Origin: an uncultured virus (IMG/VR IMGVR_UViG_3300047157_000084)
Taxonomy: Duplodnaviria > Heunggongvirae > Uroviricota > Caudoviricetes
Direction: 5' to 3' (one strand)
Virus record (IMG/VR): IMGVR_UViG_3300047157_000084
DNA length: 64,000 nt
Shown: piece by piece, positions 31,313-41,977 of the stretch
How positions within the stretch are numbered: the stretch's first letter is position 1
Layout: every line of letters starts with the position of its first letter
Notes under the pieces: generated by a model
The model's database searches: none
Told to the model about the DNA's origin: nothing
What the model saw: only the letters and a program-made list of their open reading frames with translations
Translations under genes and position numbers: made by a program

Positions 31313-31749
31313 GAATAACACCATCTGATTTAAGAGATATTGGTTTATTTAAGTATTACAGGCTCGTTAGAAAATGGGCCTGTAAAACTTATGGGCTAAA
31401 CGATGCAGATCTTGAACTATTAATATACCTTGATTGCAAAGGTAGATTTACACGTAATGATTTTATTAACGGTACTTATACTTATTCATGGGATAAGAAA
31501 CGTTGGGAGAGATTACGTGATAAAGGTTGGATAGAAATATGGAGGCATCGAAACCGCACTTCAATTAAATATAGTATTTTTAAGACATCATTTAAATGCT
31601 CCCAATTAATAAGTAGGATATACCGCATACTTTTAGCGGAAGAAGATCTGCCTACATCAGAAAGAAATAAATTTTTTAACAACAAGTCATATACTGATAA
31701 GGTTTATAATAAAGCTATAGATGATATGATTAAAGACAAAAACAGATAA
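31309..31749 (+). CDS. Winged-helix-like DNA-binding protein
   Basis: GLNDADLELLIYL...RLRDKGWI pattern reminiscent of MarR-type wHTH. Confidence 0.5.
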   Translation: MRITPSDLRDIGLFKYYRLVRKWACKTYGLNDADLELLIYLDCKGRFTRNDFINGTYTYSWDKKRWERLRDKGWIEIWRHRNRTSIKYSIFKTSFKCSQLISRIYRILLAEEDLPTSERNKFFNNKSYTDKVYNKAIDDMIKDKNR

Positions 31750-31900
31750 TTATGGGATATGCAGGACAAAAAGCAGTTTCAAAAGTAAACATGATATTAA
31801 AAGACAAGTCATGTAGTTTACCTAAATTAAACTTAGGCAACCCGCTAAAGAAAAAAAGTAGCGGTATTTATAAGAGAGGCTGCAGCAAAAACAAATACTA

Positions 31901-32233
31901 ATGGGTTTTAAAATGTCGCGACCTAGTTTTCATAATGAAGATCAGCAACCTGAAATCATTAAGAAAGACCTAGGTAAGGATATAATAGCTGAAGCTAACC
32001 AAGATGGTACTATATTTTTAGATAAATCTATACACGAGAATAGTCCTAAAGGTAAAGAAGCAATACGTCATGAAAAAGTACACCTTGACCAGATGGACAG
32101 AGGTGATCTTAGTTATGACGATAACAACGTTTACTGGAAAGGTAAAAAATATTCAAGGGCTAATATGAACGAAGGTAGTAAAGAATTACCTTGGGAAAAA
32201 GAAGCTTATAAAAAAGAAAAAAAGAAATCATGA
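31901..32233 (+). CDS. Small zincin-like metallopeptidase
   Basis: IRHEKVHLDQ (HExxH) plus downstream PWEKEAY. Confidence 0.7.
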   Translation: MGFKMSRPSFHNEDQQPEIIKKDLGKDIIAEANQDGTIFLDKSIHENSPKGKEAIRHEKVHLDQMDRGDLSYDDNNVYWKGKKYSRANMNEGSKELPWEKEAYKKEKKKS

Positions 32234-33364
32234 TATACAAAAAAATAAAGAAGGCCAAAGAAAATCTTCTAAAGATGAATGCTATTGAAGCAGCCCAAGC
32301 TGGTGCTAAAGGTACTGGCATAGATCTTAATAAAAAAGAAGATGAATCTTCTAGCCCAATCACTTTCAGCGCAAGTCCTTTTAAAGATACTGATCCTACT
32401 AAAGTAGAAAAAAAGATAGTTAGTCACGAAGGCACAGCTAAAGATTATATTAAAAAAACGGTGGAAGGAGAGGACACATACAATACAAAATCTATTGACA
32501 AAGCTAAAAGTGGTGGACCATTAGAAACAGATGATCAAAAATATTTTAAAGATTTGTATGGTAGGTTTGGTGACGATGTAACAACGCAGCAGCTTATTGA
32601 TAAGGATTTTTTACACTCATCTAAACTAGACGCTTACAATGCTTTTACTGGTGGTAAAAATAAAGGTGTTTTAACACCTGGTAAATCTAGCGCTAACGTT
32701 ACTTTAACTCCTAGAAAAGAAGAAATAAAAACTGACCCAACACAAACATATAATATGTCTTACGCAAATAGCGTTAACGCTAATATGGCAGAAGGTGCTC
32801 AACGTAGAGGAACTAGAAGAGCCGAAAGAAGAGCTAATAGAGATATACGTAGATATGAAGAAGGTAGTAGAGGTTTTTTAGGTATTAGGTAAAGGTAAAG
32901 GTAAAGGTGAGCTAAGCGCTAATGTTATAGCTGCCGCAGAAAAAACAGGTTTAAAAGCAGATAAGTTAAAAGAAATGGGTTTAAACGTTAATGACAAAGG
33001 ATCTATAACTGGAGACGCTGATCAAAACGTGACAGATCAAATGAGATCTAGAGCTACAAATTTATCTATGAATAAATACAACCAGGGTTTAAATGAATTT
33101 AGTTATAAACCTGGTAGTAGCAAAACAGTTAATGAATCAGGTGAAGGTTATGAAGTATATGATGGTCCTGTAGGTGATATAGATACTAGTAGCACTATTG
33201 ATTTTAGTAAATTTGGCATGAAAGATTATGCTGGTGAATTTAAAAAAAATACAGATAAGTTATTACAAGGTTTAACTTCATTTAATGGGCCAACTAAAAA
33301 AGGTTATAAAGGTAAAAATGCAAAAGCATTTAAAAATAAGTCTGGTAGAGGCGCAGGTTATTAA
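32230..33364 (+). CDS. Hypothetical virion protein (probably one gene split by indel near 32885)
   Basis: ORFs 32230..32892 and 32975..33364 join via open alternative frame. Confidence 0.5.
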
Positions 33365-33366
33365 TT

Positions 33367-33825
33367 ATGAGTGATAAAAAGAAATTTAAAGACAGTACGG
33401 TAGGTAAATTATTATTTGGAGCTGCTTCAATGATAAACCCTACGCTTGGTGGTGTGTTACAAGGTGTTATGTCACCTAAAGACGCTATAGCTGAAATAAC
33501 TAAAGCTGACATACCTGCTGAAGAAAAAATAAAACTACAACAGTTAATATACGAACAACAAAATAAAGAGATGGAGTCTATAACCTCAAGATGGCAGGCG
33601 GACTCTGCATCAGATTCTTGGCTTTCGAAAAACGTGCGCCCTCTAGTATTAGTGTGGTGCATTGTTATATTTTCGCTAGCTGGTATACTTGACAGTGTCG
33701 AATCAATACCTTTTAATATAGGTGCTACTTGGAACGATACTTTTGAAAAAGTTATGATGGCTGTTGTTTTAGCCTATTTTGGCGGACGAAGTGGAGAAAA
33801 AATTGGAAATATACTAAAAAAGTAG
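33367..33825 (+). CDS. Holin, 3TM (GTA-type) family
   Basis: RWQAD..SDSWLSKNVRPLVL, TM helices, AYFGGRSGEK. Confidence 0.75.
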   Translation: MSDKKKFKDSTVGKLLFGAASMINPTLGGVLQGVMSPKDAIAEITKADIPAEEKIKLQQLIYEQQNKEMESITSRWQADSASDSWLSKNVRPLVLVWCIVIFSLAGILDSVESIPFNIGATWNDTFEKVMMAVVLAYFGGRSGEKIGNILKK

Positions 33826-33829
33826 CATA

Positions 33830-34537
33830 ATGGCTAGAATCAGTTCATATAGTAAAGATACTAATATAAGCAGTGGTGACAAACTACTTGGATCAGATTC
33901 TTCTGGCGCTACTAGAAATTTTGTAATAAACGATTTACAAACTTTCATAGCAGAAACAAACACATCTGGTTCTAGTAGCTCTTTCACATATAAGTATAAT
34001 AATACTAATACAGGTAGCGGAGAGGCTACTTTTACTATATCTAGCGGTAGTACATTTGCTAACATAACAAATGTAAAAGTAAGTAAATATAACTACAGGG
34101 AAACAGTTAAACCCGTAAACAACGCCTTAGCTTTACTAAGTGGTAAGGATATAATTGTTTATGATATAGACGATAGAAACAACTTTGGTGTTTATAAAGT
34201 AGAGAGCTTACAAGTAGACAGTGACTCTAACTTTTATAATTTAGTACTAACAGCTAAAACTAACAATGGATCTGTTGTAAATAATAAAATATATGGTGTA
34301 GATATATTTCCTGAAAGCGGTGGTGATTTAACGTTTCCACATCATCAAAATACAGCATCCGCATCATGGGAGATAAATCATAACCTAGGTAAATTCCCTA
34401 GTGTTAGTATAAAATTTTCAAGTTCTGATAGTGTTTATACTAATGTAGGTGCTTTTGCTGGGGTAGTATATACTGACGAAAACAACTTAACAATAAACTT
34501 AGCAGCTGCTGAAAGTGGCTACGCATACTTAAACTAA
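33830..34537 (+). CDS. Virion structural/tail protein
   Basis: MARISSY...DKLLGSD N-terminus; C-terminal WEINHNLGKFPSV module. Confidence 0.6.
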   Translation: MARISSYSKDTNISSGDKLLGSDSSGATRNFVINDLQTFIAETNTSGSSSSFTYKYNNTNTGSGEATFTISSGSTFANITNVKVSKYNYRETVKPVNNALALLSGKDIIVYDIDDRNNFGVYKVESLQVDSDSNFYNLVLTAKTNNGSVVNNKIYGVDIFPESGGDLTFPHHQNTASASWEINHNLGKFPSVSIKFSSSDSVYTNVGAFAGVVYTDENNLTINLAAAESGYAYLN

Positions 34538-34541
34538 AACT

Positions 34542-35852
34542 ATGGCAATACCTATTTTAAATCACTTAGACTTAAGAAGTGTATCGGAGCTGCAAAATGC
34601 AATACTCCACAAAACAACAGAAGGCTCTGCATCTAACGTAGAGGGTAAAATAATATACGACACAGGAACAGATTCACCTAAAGTTTATAACGGATCTTCT
34701 TGGATAGATCTTGGTGGTGATATAAGACAAGTTAAGGTAACTGCTGACGATGGTAACTCATACGATGTTACTAGTGGTAATTTTGATTTAGTTATATCCG
34801 GTGACACTGGTATATCAACTACATACTCTATTCCTAGCGGCGGTGTTCCAACATTAGAAATTGATCTTGATGATACATCTACTGATATGACCGCTACAAA
34901 CAGCGGTGTATATGGATCAGCTACGGCGATTCCAGTAATCACAGTAGATAGACAAGGTAGATTGACAGCTGCTACTACAGCTAGTATAACAACTACTTTA
35001 ACTATAGACGATGCTTCTTCAACACAAGACGTATCATTAGCTACTGATGATTTACAGTTTCTTTCAGCGTCAGCAAACGAGATTACAACTGCTGTAACAA
35101 AAGATGGCACAGATGTTAAGGTTACTATTGGTTTACCAGATGATGTAACTATTGGTAACAACTTAACGGTAACAACTGATCTAAGCGTAGATGGTGTATC
35201 TAATTTAGACAATACTGACATAGATGGTACTTTAGTTGTAGATGGTAGTAATATATCCTTAGATTCAACCTCTACATTAAATATAGATAACTCTAATACC
35301 ACAAATGGTGTTAAAATAGGTACAGCAACTTCTGGTGTTCCTATAACAATTGGTCATGCTACATCTGAAGTTACAGTTGGTGATAACTTAACGGTAAATG
35401 GTAACTTTACAGTAGTAGGTACTCAAACCACATTAAATGAAACTGTAAAAGTTGTAGAAAACAATACTATAGAATTTGAAGGTACTACAGCTGATGCTCA
35501 TGAAATAAAGCTTACAGGTGGTGAACCAACAGCTGATAGAGTAGTAGCTTTACCAGATAATTCAGGTACTATAGCTTTAACAACTGATATAACAGCTAGG
35601 CAATTTACTACAACTATAGGTAACGCTTCAGCAACAACAATAAATTTATTAAACTCAGGAGCATCTGCACCTCATAAAAACCACGGACTAGGTGCTGACA
35701 GTACTCAGTTCATGATTCAGTTAATTGAAGTTTCATCAGGACTTACAGTTATGGCTGATGTGGCAAGAGGAACTAGTGGAGCTATAGCGATAACATTTGC
35801 ATCTGCACCAGCTGCTAATGCGATAAGAGTTCTTATCACTAAGATAGGATAA
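34542..35852 (+). CDS. Tail fibre/structural protein
   Basis: Thr/Gly-rich beta repeats; GVYGSATAIPVITVDRQGRLTAA; LPDNSGTIAL. Confidence 0.7.
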   Translation: MAIPILNHLDLRSVSELQNAILHKTTEGSASNVEGKIIYDTGTDSPKVYNGSSWIDLGGDIRQVKVTADDGNSYDVTSGNFDLVISGDTGISTTYSIPSGGVPTLEIDLDDTSTDMTATNSGVYGSATAIPVITVDRQGRLTAATTASITTTLTIDDASSTQDVSLATDDLQFLSASANEITTAVTKDGTDVKVTIGLPDDVTIGNNLTVTTDLSVDGVSNLDNTDIDGTLVVDGSNISLDSTSTLNIDNSNTTNGVKIGTATSGVPITIGHATSEVTVGDNLTVNGNFTVVGTQTTLNETVKVVENNTIEFEGTTADAHEIKLTGGEPTADRVVALPDNSGTIALTTDITARQFTTTIGNASATTINLLNSGASAPHKNHGLGADSTQFMIQLIEVSSGLTVMADVARGTSGAIAITFASAPAANAIRVLITKIG

Positions 35853-35869
35853 TACAATAAAATTCTAAC

Positions 35870-38800
35870 ATGGCGCAAAAGATTTTAAATGGAGTACATA
35901 TATCTGGCACGACACAGCTAGACTTTATGCCAGGTCACGAAAGTGAAGGTACAATAACATTGGGTAGATACGATGCTAACACGAGCAGGTATCACAATAT
36001 AAAGTCGTACGTGTCTTCTACTGAAGCCAGTAACTATTTAAAATTTTCTCTTCACAACGGCACGGAAAATACCGTAGTCGATGTCCTTACTTTAAACGGA
36101 AATAAAAACGCAACTTTTGCAGGGGATATAATTTTAGGTGCTAACCACATTGGTAGAGACTCACATAATATTATAGATTTTGCTACAGACAATCATATAA
36201 CTTTTAAAACAGATCAATCAACAGCTTTACAAATTGATTCAAATCAATCTGTAAAAATTATAGCAGGTTCGCTGCAAATAAGCGGTGACAATGCTAACTT
36301 TGCAACACTTACAGAAAGTGGTAGTGGTGATTTTACTATTGCTGCAGTAGATGACATAAGATTAGATTCAGGCGGAGGCGATGTAGTATTAAAAGCGGGT
36401 GGCACTGAATATGGTAGATTATCCAACAGTAGCGCGGATTTTGTTATACAAAACACAACTTCAGATAAAGATATAATATTTAAAGGTGTTGACGATGCCA
36501 CTACAATAACAGCTCTTACCTTAGATATGTCAGATGGTGGTTGGGCAACTTTTAATTCAGGAATACACGTTGCAAATACATTTTCTCCATCAACTTTTGG
36601 AAAAGCAACTTTTGCAGGCAATGTAACTTTAAATACAGGTACAGCTAAAAAACTTTCCATATTAGCATCTACGCACGATACAAATACAGCTCAAACAGCT
36701 ACATTAGAACTAGGTTACACTCACTCTGGTGGAGCTGCTGCTGGTAATATAGTTTTAACCGAAGCAGCTAACAACGCTTTTGATGCTGATATGACTTTTG
36801 GATTACCTTATAACAATGGAAGTGGTGGTAGTACAACAAGAACAGCGTTAACTCTAGACGGTGGTACTTTAGCAGCAACTTTTGCAGGTAATGTTAAAAT
36901 ACAAAAAAATACACCAATACTTGAACTAGGCACGTCAAACGTTTCTACTGGTAATTCTAAAATTACTTTCTTTAGTAAAAATAACAACGCTGCAAATGCT
37001 TACTCTTTACAGTTTAACAAAGATACTGGTATTGATAGATTAGAATTTATTGATGGTTCTGGTAATGCTAACATAAAATTTAACAATGGTGGTTCCGCAA
37101 CTTTTGCAGGTGGTATTGACACTACGGATGTGAATATTAAAGTAGGTTCAGCAATACATGGAACTATTACATCTAGTAGTAATTCACTGACATTAAATGC
37201 CAGGAATACAGGTAAATTGATATTTCAATCAGGTGGAGTTGAAAAAATGCGTATCAACGGAACTAATGTAGGTATTGGAGAAGATAGTCCAAATGCTAAA
37301 TTAGAAGTCACAGGTGATATAGAAGATAATTGGGCAGGAAGATTTGAAAACACAAATACTGGAGGTTATGGTATTCTAGCAAAAATAGCAGGTACAAGTG
37401 CTGATGAAAGAATATTTGAAGCAAGAGTTGGGAGTAGTACTAAAATGCTTATTTCAGGTGATGGTAACACAACTTTTGCAGGTAATATAACTGCAAACAC
37501 TGGTGCTAGTCACAGCTTTTTAACTGGTAATACAAATAACCTTTCTACAGCTGATTTGCATGGTTTTAGACTTCATCAAACATCTTATACAGACGGAAAA
37601 TATACGCATAGATTTAGAAAACGTGATATGAGTGGTGGAGTACCTCTATATTTAGATTTTTCAAGTGGTACCGCAAATGTGTTTTCAAATTTAATGAGAT
37701 TTGGTAAATACACTGGTGAAAGTATTGATGTAGAAGTAAATGGTAAACTTAAAGCAACTCATTTTTATGGTGATGGTAGTAACTTAACAGGTGTTACAGT
37801 AAGTAACGCCGACACGGTTGATAATTTACACGCGACTTCTTTTTTAAGAAGTGATGCAGCTGATACAGGAACTGGAACTATAACTTTAGCTGATAGTAGC
37901 GCTGCTAATAACCCATTAATACTAGGTAGTAGTTCACAAACATCCTACACTCTCCAACAATTTCAAACTTCATCACACAGTACTAATAACGCTTATTTAA
38001 TTGCTTACGGTGCAAATCATGGTTCTCAAGCAGGTAATTTTGCTGTGAAAAATATTATATCAAATGGTGAGATATTTTTTGAATTAGCTAGTGGTGTTGA
38101 ACCATTAAGGATGACATCTACTGGAGCAACTTTTGCAGGTAAAGTTCGCGCTAATAGTTGGTTTCAAGGTGCTGATGGCACAAACACACTTTACTCAAAC
38201 GCAACCTCTGGCACATTAATACAAACACCTGGTTCAACTGCTAACGATAACGATTCTAAGATTTATTTTAGAAATCACGGTCTTACTGTAAAACATACTT
38301 TTGACACTAATAATGGTAATGCGGCTTTTGCGGGTGACATTCAAGTTGATGGGGGTGATATGACAATTGTAAAGCAAAACGGTTCTCCTACTATTAATAT
38401 GCTTCGCGATTCTAACGACCCTGGCACTAATACTTTATTACATTATTTAAATTTTCAAGTAGATTATGGTGGATCACATCAAGATTGGGGTGGTATAGAG
38501 CATAGAACAACTACTAGCGCTACAAGAACAAAATTAAATTTCAATGTAAAATCTACAGGCGGAAGTGTATTAAATGCTTTATCATTAGACGGAACTACCA
38601 ATGGCACAACAGCAACTTTTGCAGGTTCGCTTGATGTTGGTACTTTTACCTTATCTGGCTCGGGAATAATTGCTGATGCAGGTATGACATTACAGACTAA
38701 TTCTGGTGGTGTAAATGCAATTACGCTAACATCAGCTGGAGCCGCAACTTTTGCAGGAAATATAACCGCTTCATCTGGTACTGGTCATTTTTCTGTAGTT

Positions 38801-39208
38801 AACGCTTCAGCGTATCAATTAAACGGTACATATATAGTTGATTCAAGTAGAAATTTAGTAAACATTTCTTCGTTAAGATTTGGATCAAGTGATGCGTTTA
38901 TAGACACAGCTTCAACAACATCAGCAACAGCTACTACAGTAGTGGCTAGCGTAGCTCACGCTACTTATAATGCTGCATTTTTTGATTTTGTTATTAAAAA
39001 CGGAACAAACGTTAGAGCAGGTACAGTATATGCTTGTCACAACGGCGCATCAACTCCCTTGGTTGAGTTCGCGGAAACATCAACAGTAGACTTAGGTGAT
39101 ACGTCAGATGTAACATTAAATGTAGTTATCAGTGGTGCTAATATGATTTTACAAGCAACTACAACTTCAAGCACATGGACAATTAAATCTTTAGTAAGAA
39201 CAATATAA
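35870..39208 (+). CDS. Long modular tail fibre
   Basis: 1112 aa, repeated ATFAG junctions, GNVGIG-type repeat, NADTVDNLHATSFLRSD. Confidence 0.8.
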   Translation: MAQKILNGVHISGTTQLDFMPGHESEGTITLGRYDANTSRYHNIKSYVSSTEASNYLKFSLHNGTENTVVDVLTLNGNKNATFAGDIILGANHIGRDSHNIIDFATDNHITFKTDQSTALQIDSNQSVKIIAGSLQISGDNANFATLTESGSGDFTIAAVDDIRLDSGGGDVVLKAGGTEYGRLSNSSADFVIQNTTSDKDIIFKGVDDATTITALTLDMSDGGWATFNSGIHVANTFSPSTFGKATFAGNVTLNTGTAKKLSILASTHDTNTAQTATLELGYTHSGGAAAGNIVLTEAANNAFDADMTFGLPYNNGSGGSTTRTALTLDGGTLAATFAGNVKIQKNTPILELGTSNVSTGNSKITFFSKNNNAANAYSLQFNKDTGIDRLEFIDGSGNANIKFNNGGSATFAGGIDTTDVNIKVGSAIHGTITSSSNSLTLNARNTGKLIFQSGGVEKMRINGTNVGIGEDSPNAKLEVTGDIEDNWAGRFENTNTGGYGILAKIAGTSADERIFEARVGSSTKMLISGDGNTTFAGNITANTGASHSFLTGNTNNLSTADLHGFRLHQTSYTDGKYTHRFRKRDMSGGVPLYLDFSSGTANVFSNLMRFGKYTGESIDVEVNGKLKATHFYGDGSNLTGVTVSNADTVDNLHATSFLRSDAADTGTGTITLADSSAANNPLILGSSSQTSYTLQQFQTSSHSTNNAYLIAYGANHGSQAGNFAVKNIISNGEIFFELASGVEPLRMTSTGATFAGKVRANSWFQGADGTNTLYSNATSGTLIQTPGSTANDNDSKIYFRNHGLTVKHTFDTNNGNAAFAGDIQVDGGDMTIVKQNGSPTINMLRDSNDPGTNTLLHYLNFQVDYGGSHQDWGGIEHRTTTSATRTKLNFNVKSTGGSVLNALSLDGTTNGTTATFAGSLDVGTFTLSGSGIIADAGMTLQTNSGGVNAITLTSAGAATFAGNITASSGTGHFSVVNASAYQLNGTYIVDSSRNLVNISSLRFGSSDAFIDTASTTSATATTVVASVAHATYNAAFFDFVIKNGTNVRAGTVYACHNGASTPLVEFAETSTVDLGDTSDVTLNVVISGANMILQATTTSSTWTIKSLVRTI

Positions 39209-40398
39209 TGGCAATAGCAAGAGGAATAAATATAGTAAGAGATAACTTAATTTTTGGATACGATACTGGTTACGGTGTTTCAAACAACTCCACTGCAACT
39301 AGATTTAACAAAGGTGAACCAACAACAAATTTGCGATCATCAAGCCAAACAGGTGGGCAAATAGGAGGTATGCAAGGTGTTTCACTTACTTATGTTGGAG
39401 AGGAAAATGGTTATTCAAAATATTCAATGAGTGGTACTTTTAGCTCTGGTACATATCCTTATTGTATGTATTTAGCCAACCAGTCTTTTACTAGTGGTAC
39501 AGCGTATTCTACGCAGTGCAAGCTAAAAACAAACGTACCTAATAAGTTTAATTATATAGGAGGAGGGATTAATTATGTAAACGTAGCTATGAATAATGCT
39601 GGTGCAAATAGCAGTGTACTTCAAACAGATGGTAGTAGGTTAATAAAAAGACAAGGTTTTGACTATGCATCAACTACTACTCAACCAGGTTATATTCATA
39701 GTAACCCTATTAACAATACAACATTTAGTTCATCAACAGATTTTGTTTATATAAAAGATTTTATGATAGAGCAAAAAGATCATTGCACGCCTTGGACAGC
39801 AACGTCTAGATCAAACACCGCTAGTCTAATAGATTTAAAAAGAACTGAAACTTTAAATCTTGCAAATGTATCTTTTGATTCAAACGCTCAGTTAGATTTT
39901 GATGGAACTGACGATAAAATAACTGGTTTTGATTTTAATTTAGAAGCTATGGGTACTTGTACTCTAGAAGCTATTATTTACATGGACGACTTAGGTGGTT
40001 CTGACAGTTCTTATAGTATATTTGGTGGTGTTGCTACTGGCAACCGACACGGTTATCATGAAATAAGAAACAGTGGAAGTGGTTGGAAAATGACACATTG
40101 GACTTCTTCAAATGGTTGGAGATATGCTAACACTGCTTTATCTGCTGGTCAATACTACCACGTAGTTTGGGTGTGGAATGGTTTAAATTTATCTTGGTAT
40201 TTAAACGGTGTAGCTGATGGAAATTATACATTTTCAACACTTAGTCCTTACAGTTTAGGAACTACCACGATAGGTTCTTTTGGCTCAGAAAGATATATGG
40301 ACGGTGAAATACCTGTGGCAAAAATATATCAAAAAGCACTTACGGTAGCAGAAATAAAACAAAATTTTAATTCGTACAAAAACAGATTTAATATATAA
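39208..40398 (+). CDS. Receptor-binding protein, ConA/LamG-like domain (paralogue 1)
   Basis: FDGTDD, YYHVVWVW, YLNG, KIYQKALT..EIKQNF. Confidence 0.75.
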   Translation: MAIARGINIVRDNLIFGYDTGYGVSNNSTATRFNKGEPTTNLRSSSQTGGQIGGMQGVSLTYVGEENGYSKYSMSGTFSSGTYPYCMYLANQSFTSGTAYSTQCKLKTNVPNKFNYIGGGINYVNVAMNNAGANSSVLQTDGSRLIKRQGFDYASTTTQPGYIHSNPINNTTFSSSTDFVYIKDFMIEQKDHCTPWTATSRSNTASLIDLKRTETLNLANVSFDSNAQLDFDGTDDKITGFDFNLEAMGTCTLEAIIYMDDLGGSDSSYSIFGGVATGNRHGYHEIRNSGSGWKMTHWTSSNGWRYANTALSAGQYYHVVWVWNGLNLSWYLNGVADGNYTFSTLSPYSLGTTTIGSFGSERYMDGEIPVAKIYQKALTVAEIKQNFNSYKNRFNI

Positions 40399-40401
40399 AT
40401 T

Positions 40402-40734
40402 ATGAGTAGATTTGAAAACAGAAGATGGTTAGTTTTACCAATAGAAAAAATAGATGATATAGATTTTAATCAAGTTCATCAACCTAATAAAGAATCACTA
40501 AGAAAGTCAATTGACGGTAAAAAAACATTTGTAAAATATGAAGTTTTAGATGTTAAGGAAGATTTTGAAACTAAGTACACAGATGTAAATACTCTTGAAG
40601 AAAAGTCTCATACAACTAAAAAAGGCGTATATGGTAGACCTGATGTGTATAGCACAGATTACACGGAGTACAATCACGCTGATATTTTAGCTTTATTAGC
40701 TACAGATGAGTGGACTATAAAAATAGAAGAATAA
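40402..40734 (+). CDS. Small tail-associated protein
   Basis: SLRKSIDGKKTFVKY, YNHADIL..L...EW motif seen next to phage LamG genes. Confidence 0.55.
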   Translation: MSRFENRRWLVLPIEKIDDIDFNQVHQPNKESLRKSIDGKKTFVKYEVLDVKEDFETKYTDVNTLEEKSHTTKKGVYGRPDVYSTDYTEYNHADILALLATDEWTIKIEE

Positions 40735-40735
40735 A

Positions 40736-41977
40736 ATGGGAGTAAATGTAGCAACAAATATTGCTAATAGCGATTTATTTTTTGGTTATGACACTGGTTT
40801 TAATGTGGCAAATAATGACACAGGTACTATTTTTTACCCAGGTAGAGCGACCACTAATTTATTGTCAAGCACTGAAGCTTTTGATGACACTAATGAATGG
40901 GCTAGATCGAAAAACTCAGGTAGTACTCCAACTGTAACAGCTAACACTTCTGATAATCCATTGGGAGGTATTTATAGTAGCAAAGCTGATAAAGTATATA
41001 TACCAGGTGATGGTACATATCCTAGAATATCACAAAACTTTACGCCCGCTAGCACTAATACACATACTTTTTCTGTGTGGATTAGATCTTTATCTGGTAA
41101 TTGTCGTATTTATTTGATTGCTTTTAGAAATAGTCCGTGGAATTCATCTGGGGGAGCTCACAAAAACCTAACGTCAGAATGGCAAAGAGTGTCTTTTTCG
41201 TTTACGCCGCCAGACACAACATCACATCAAATATACATGGGTGCACATGACGATGCAGTTGACAAAGGTAATACATTAGAATTTTGGGGAGCACAAATGG
41301 AAGAAAATTCAAATGCTTCACCTTACACAGCAACGTCGAGATCAGATACAACTGGTTTAATAGATTTAAAAAGAACAAAAACACTAGACTTAGGTGATGT
41401 TGGTTTTACTTCAGGTCAACAATTAGATTTTGACGGTACTGATGATAAAATAGAACTAGGTAATCATTTAAATACTATAGGTAGTGAAGCTACTTTTGAT
41501 ATGGTTTTTAAAAGTTACTCTACAAACGATTCTTTTAAAGTTATGATTGGTTGGGGTCATGGCACAAGTAATTATTCTCACATTTCAATAGGTAACTTAA
41601 CAAGTGGTTATAACGATGAATCGCTACATGTTGTTCTAAACTCCAACTTTGAGATGTATGTTAGAGAAGGTCACACAAAATATAAAGACAACGAATATCA
41701 TCATTTATCAGTTACACTTGGTACTAACAATTATTCAATATGGATAGATGGTGTTGAAAAAACATTTACCTTTGCACAAGGATCACAAACATCACATTTT
41801 CCTCAAATTGTTGGTTACAATAGTAATATCACCGCTAGGGTAGGACAGAGAATTTACACTAGTAGTATTGGACCTTTTGAAGGAGAAATACCTGTAATGA
41901 AAGTTTATAAAAGAATATTAACTGATGAAGAAATAAAACAAAATTACAAAGCATATAAAAACAGATTTGGAATATGA
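40736..41977 (+). CDS. Receptor-binding protein, CBM-like + LamG-like (paralogue 2)
   Basis: FSVWIRS..., EWQRVS, WGAQMEE, FDGTDD, EIKQNY. Confidence 0.75.
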   Translation: MGVNVATNIANSDLFFGYDTGFNVANNDTGTIFYPGRATTNLLSSTEAFDDTNEWARSKNSGSTPTVTANTSDNPLGGIYSSKADKVYIPGDGTYPRISQNFTPASTNTHTFSVWIRSLSGNCRIYLIAFRNSPWNSSGGAHKNLTSEWQRVSFSFTPPDTTSHQIYMGAHDDAVDKGNTLEFWGAQMEENSNASPYTATSRSDTTGLIDLKRTKTLDLGDVGFTSGQQLDFDGTDDKIELGNHLNTIGSEATFDMVFKSYSTNDSFKVMIGWGHGTSNYSHISIGNLTSGYNDESLHVVLNSNFEMYVREGHTKYKDNEYHHLSVTLGTNNYSIWIDGVEKTFTFAQGSQTSHFPQIVGYNSNITARVGQRIYTSSIGPFEGEIPVMKVYKRILTDEEIKQNYKAYKNRFGI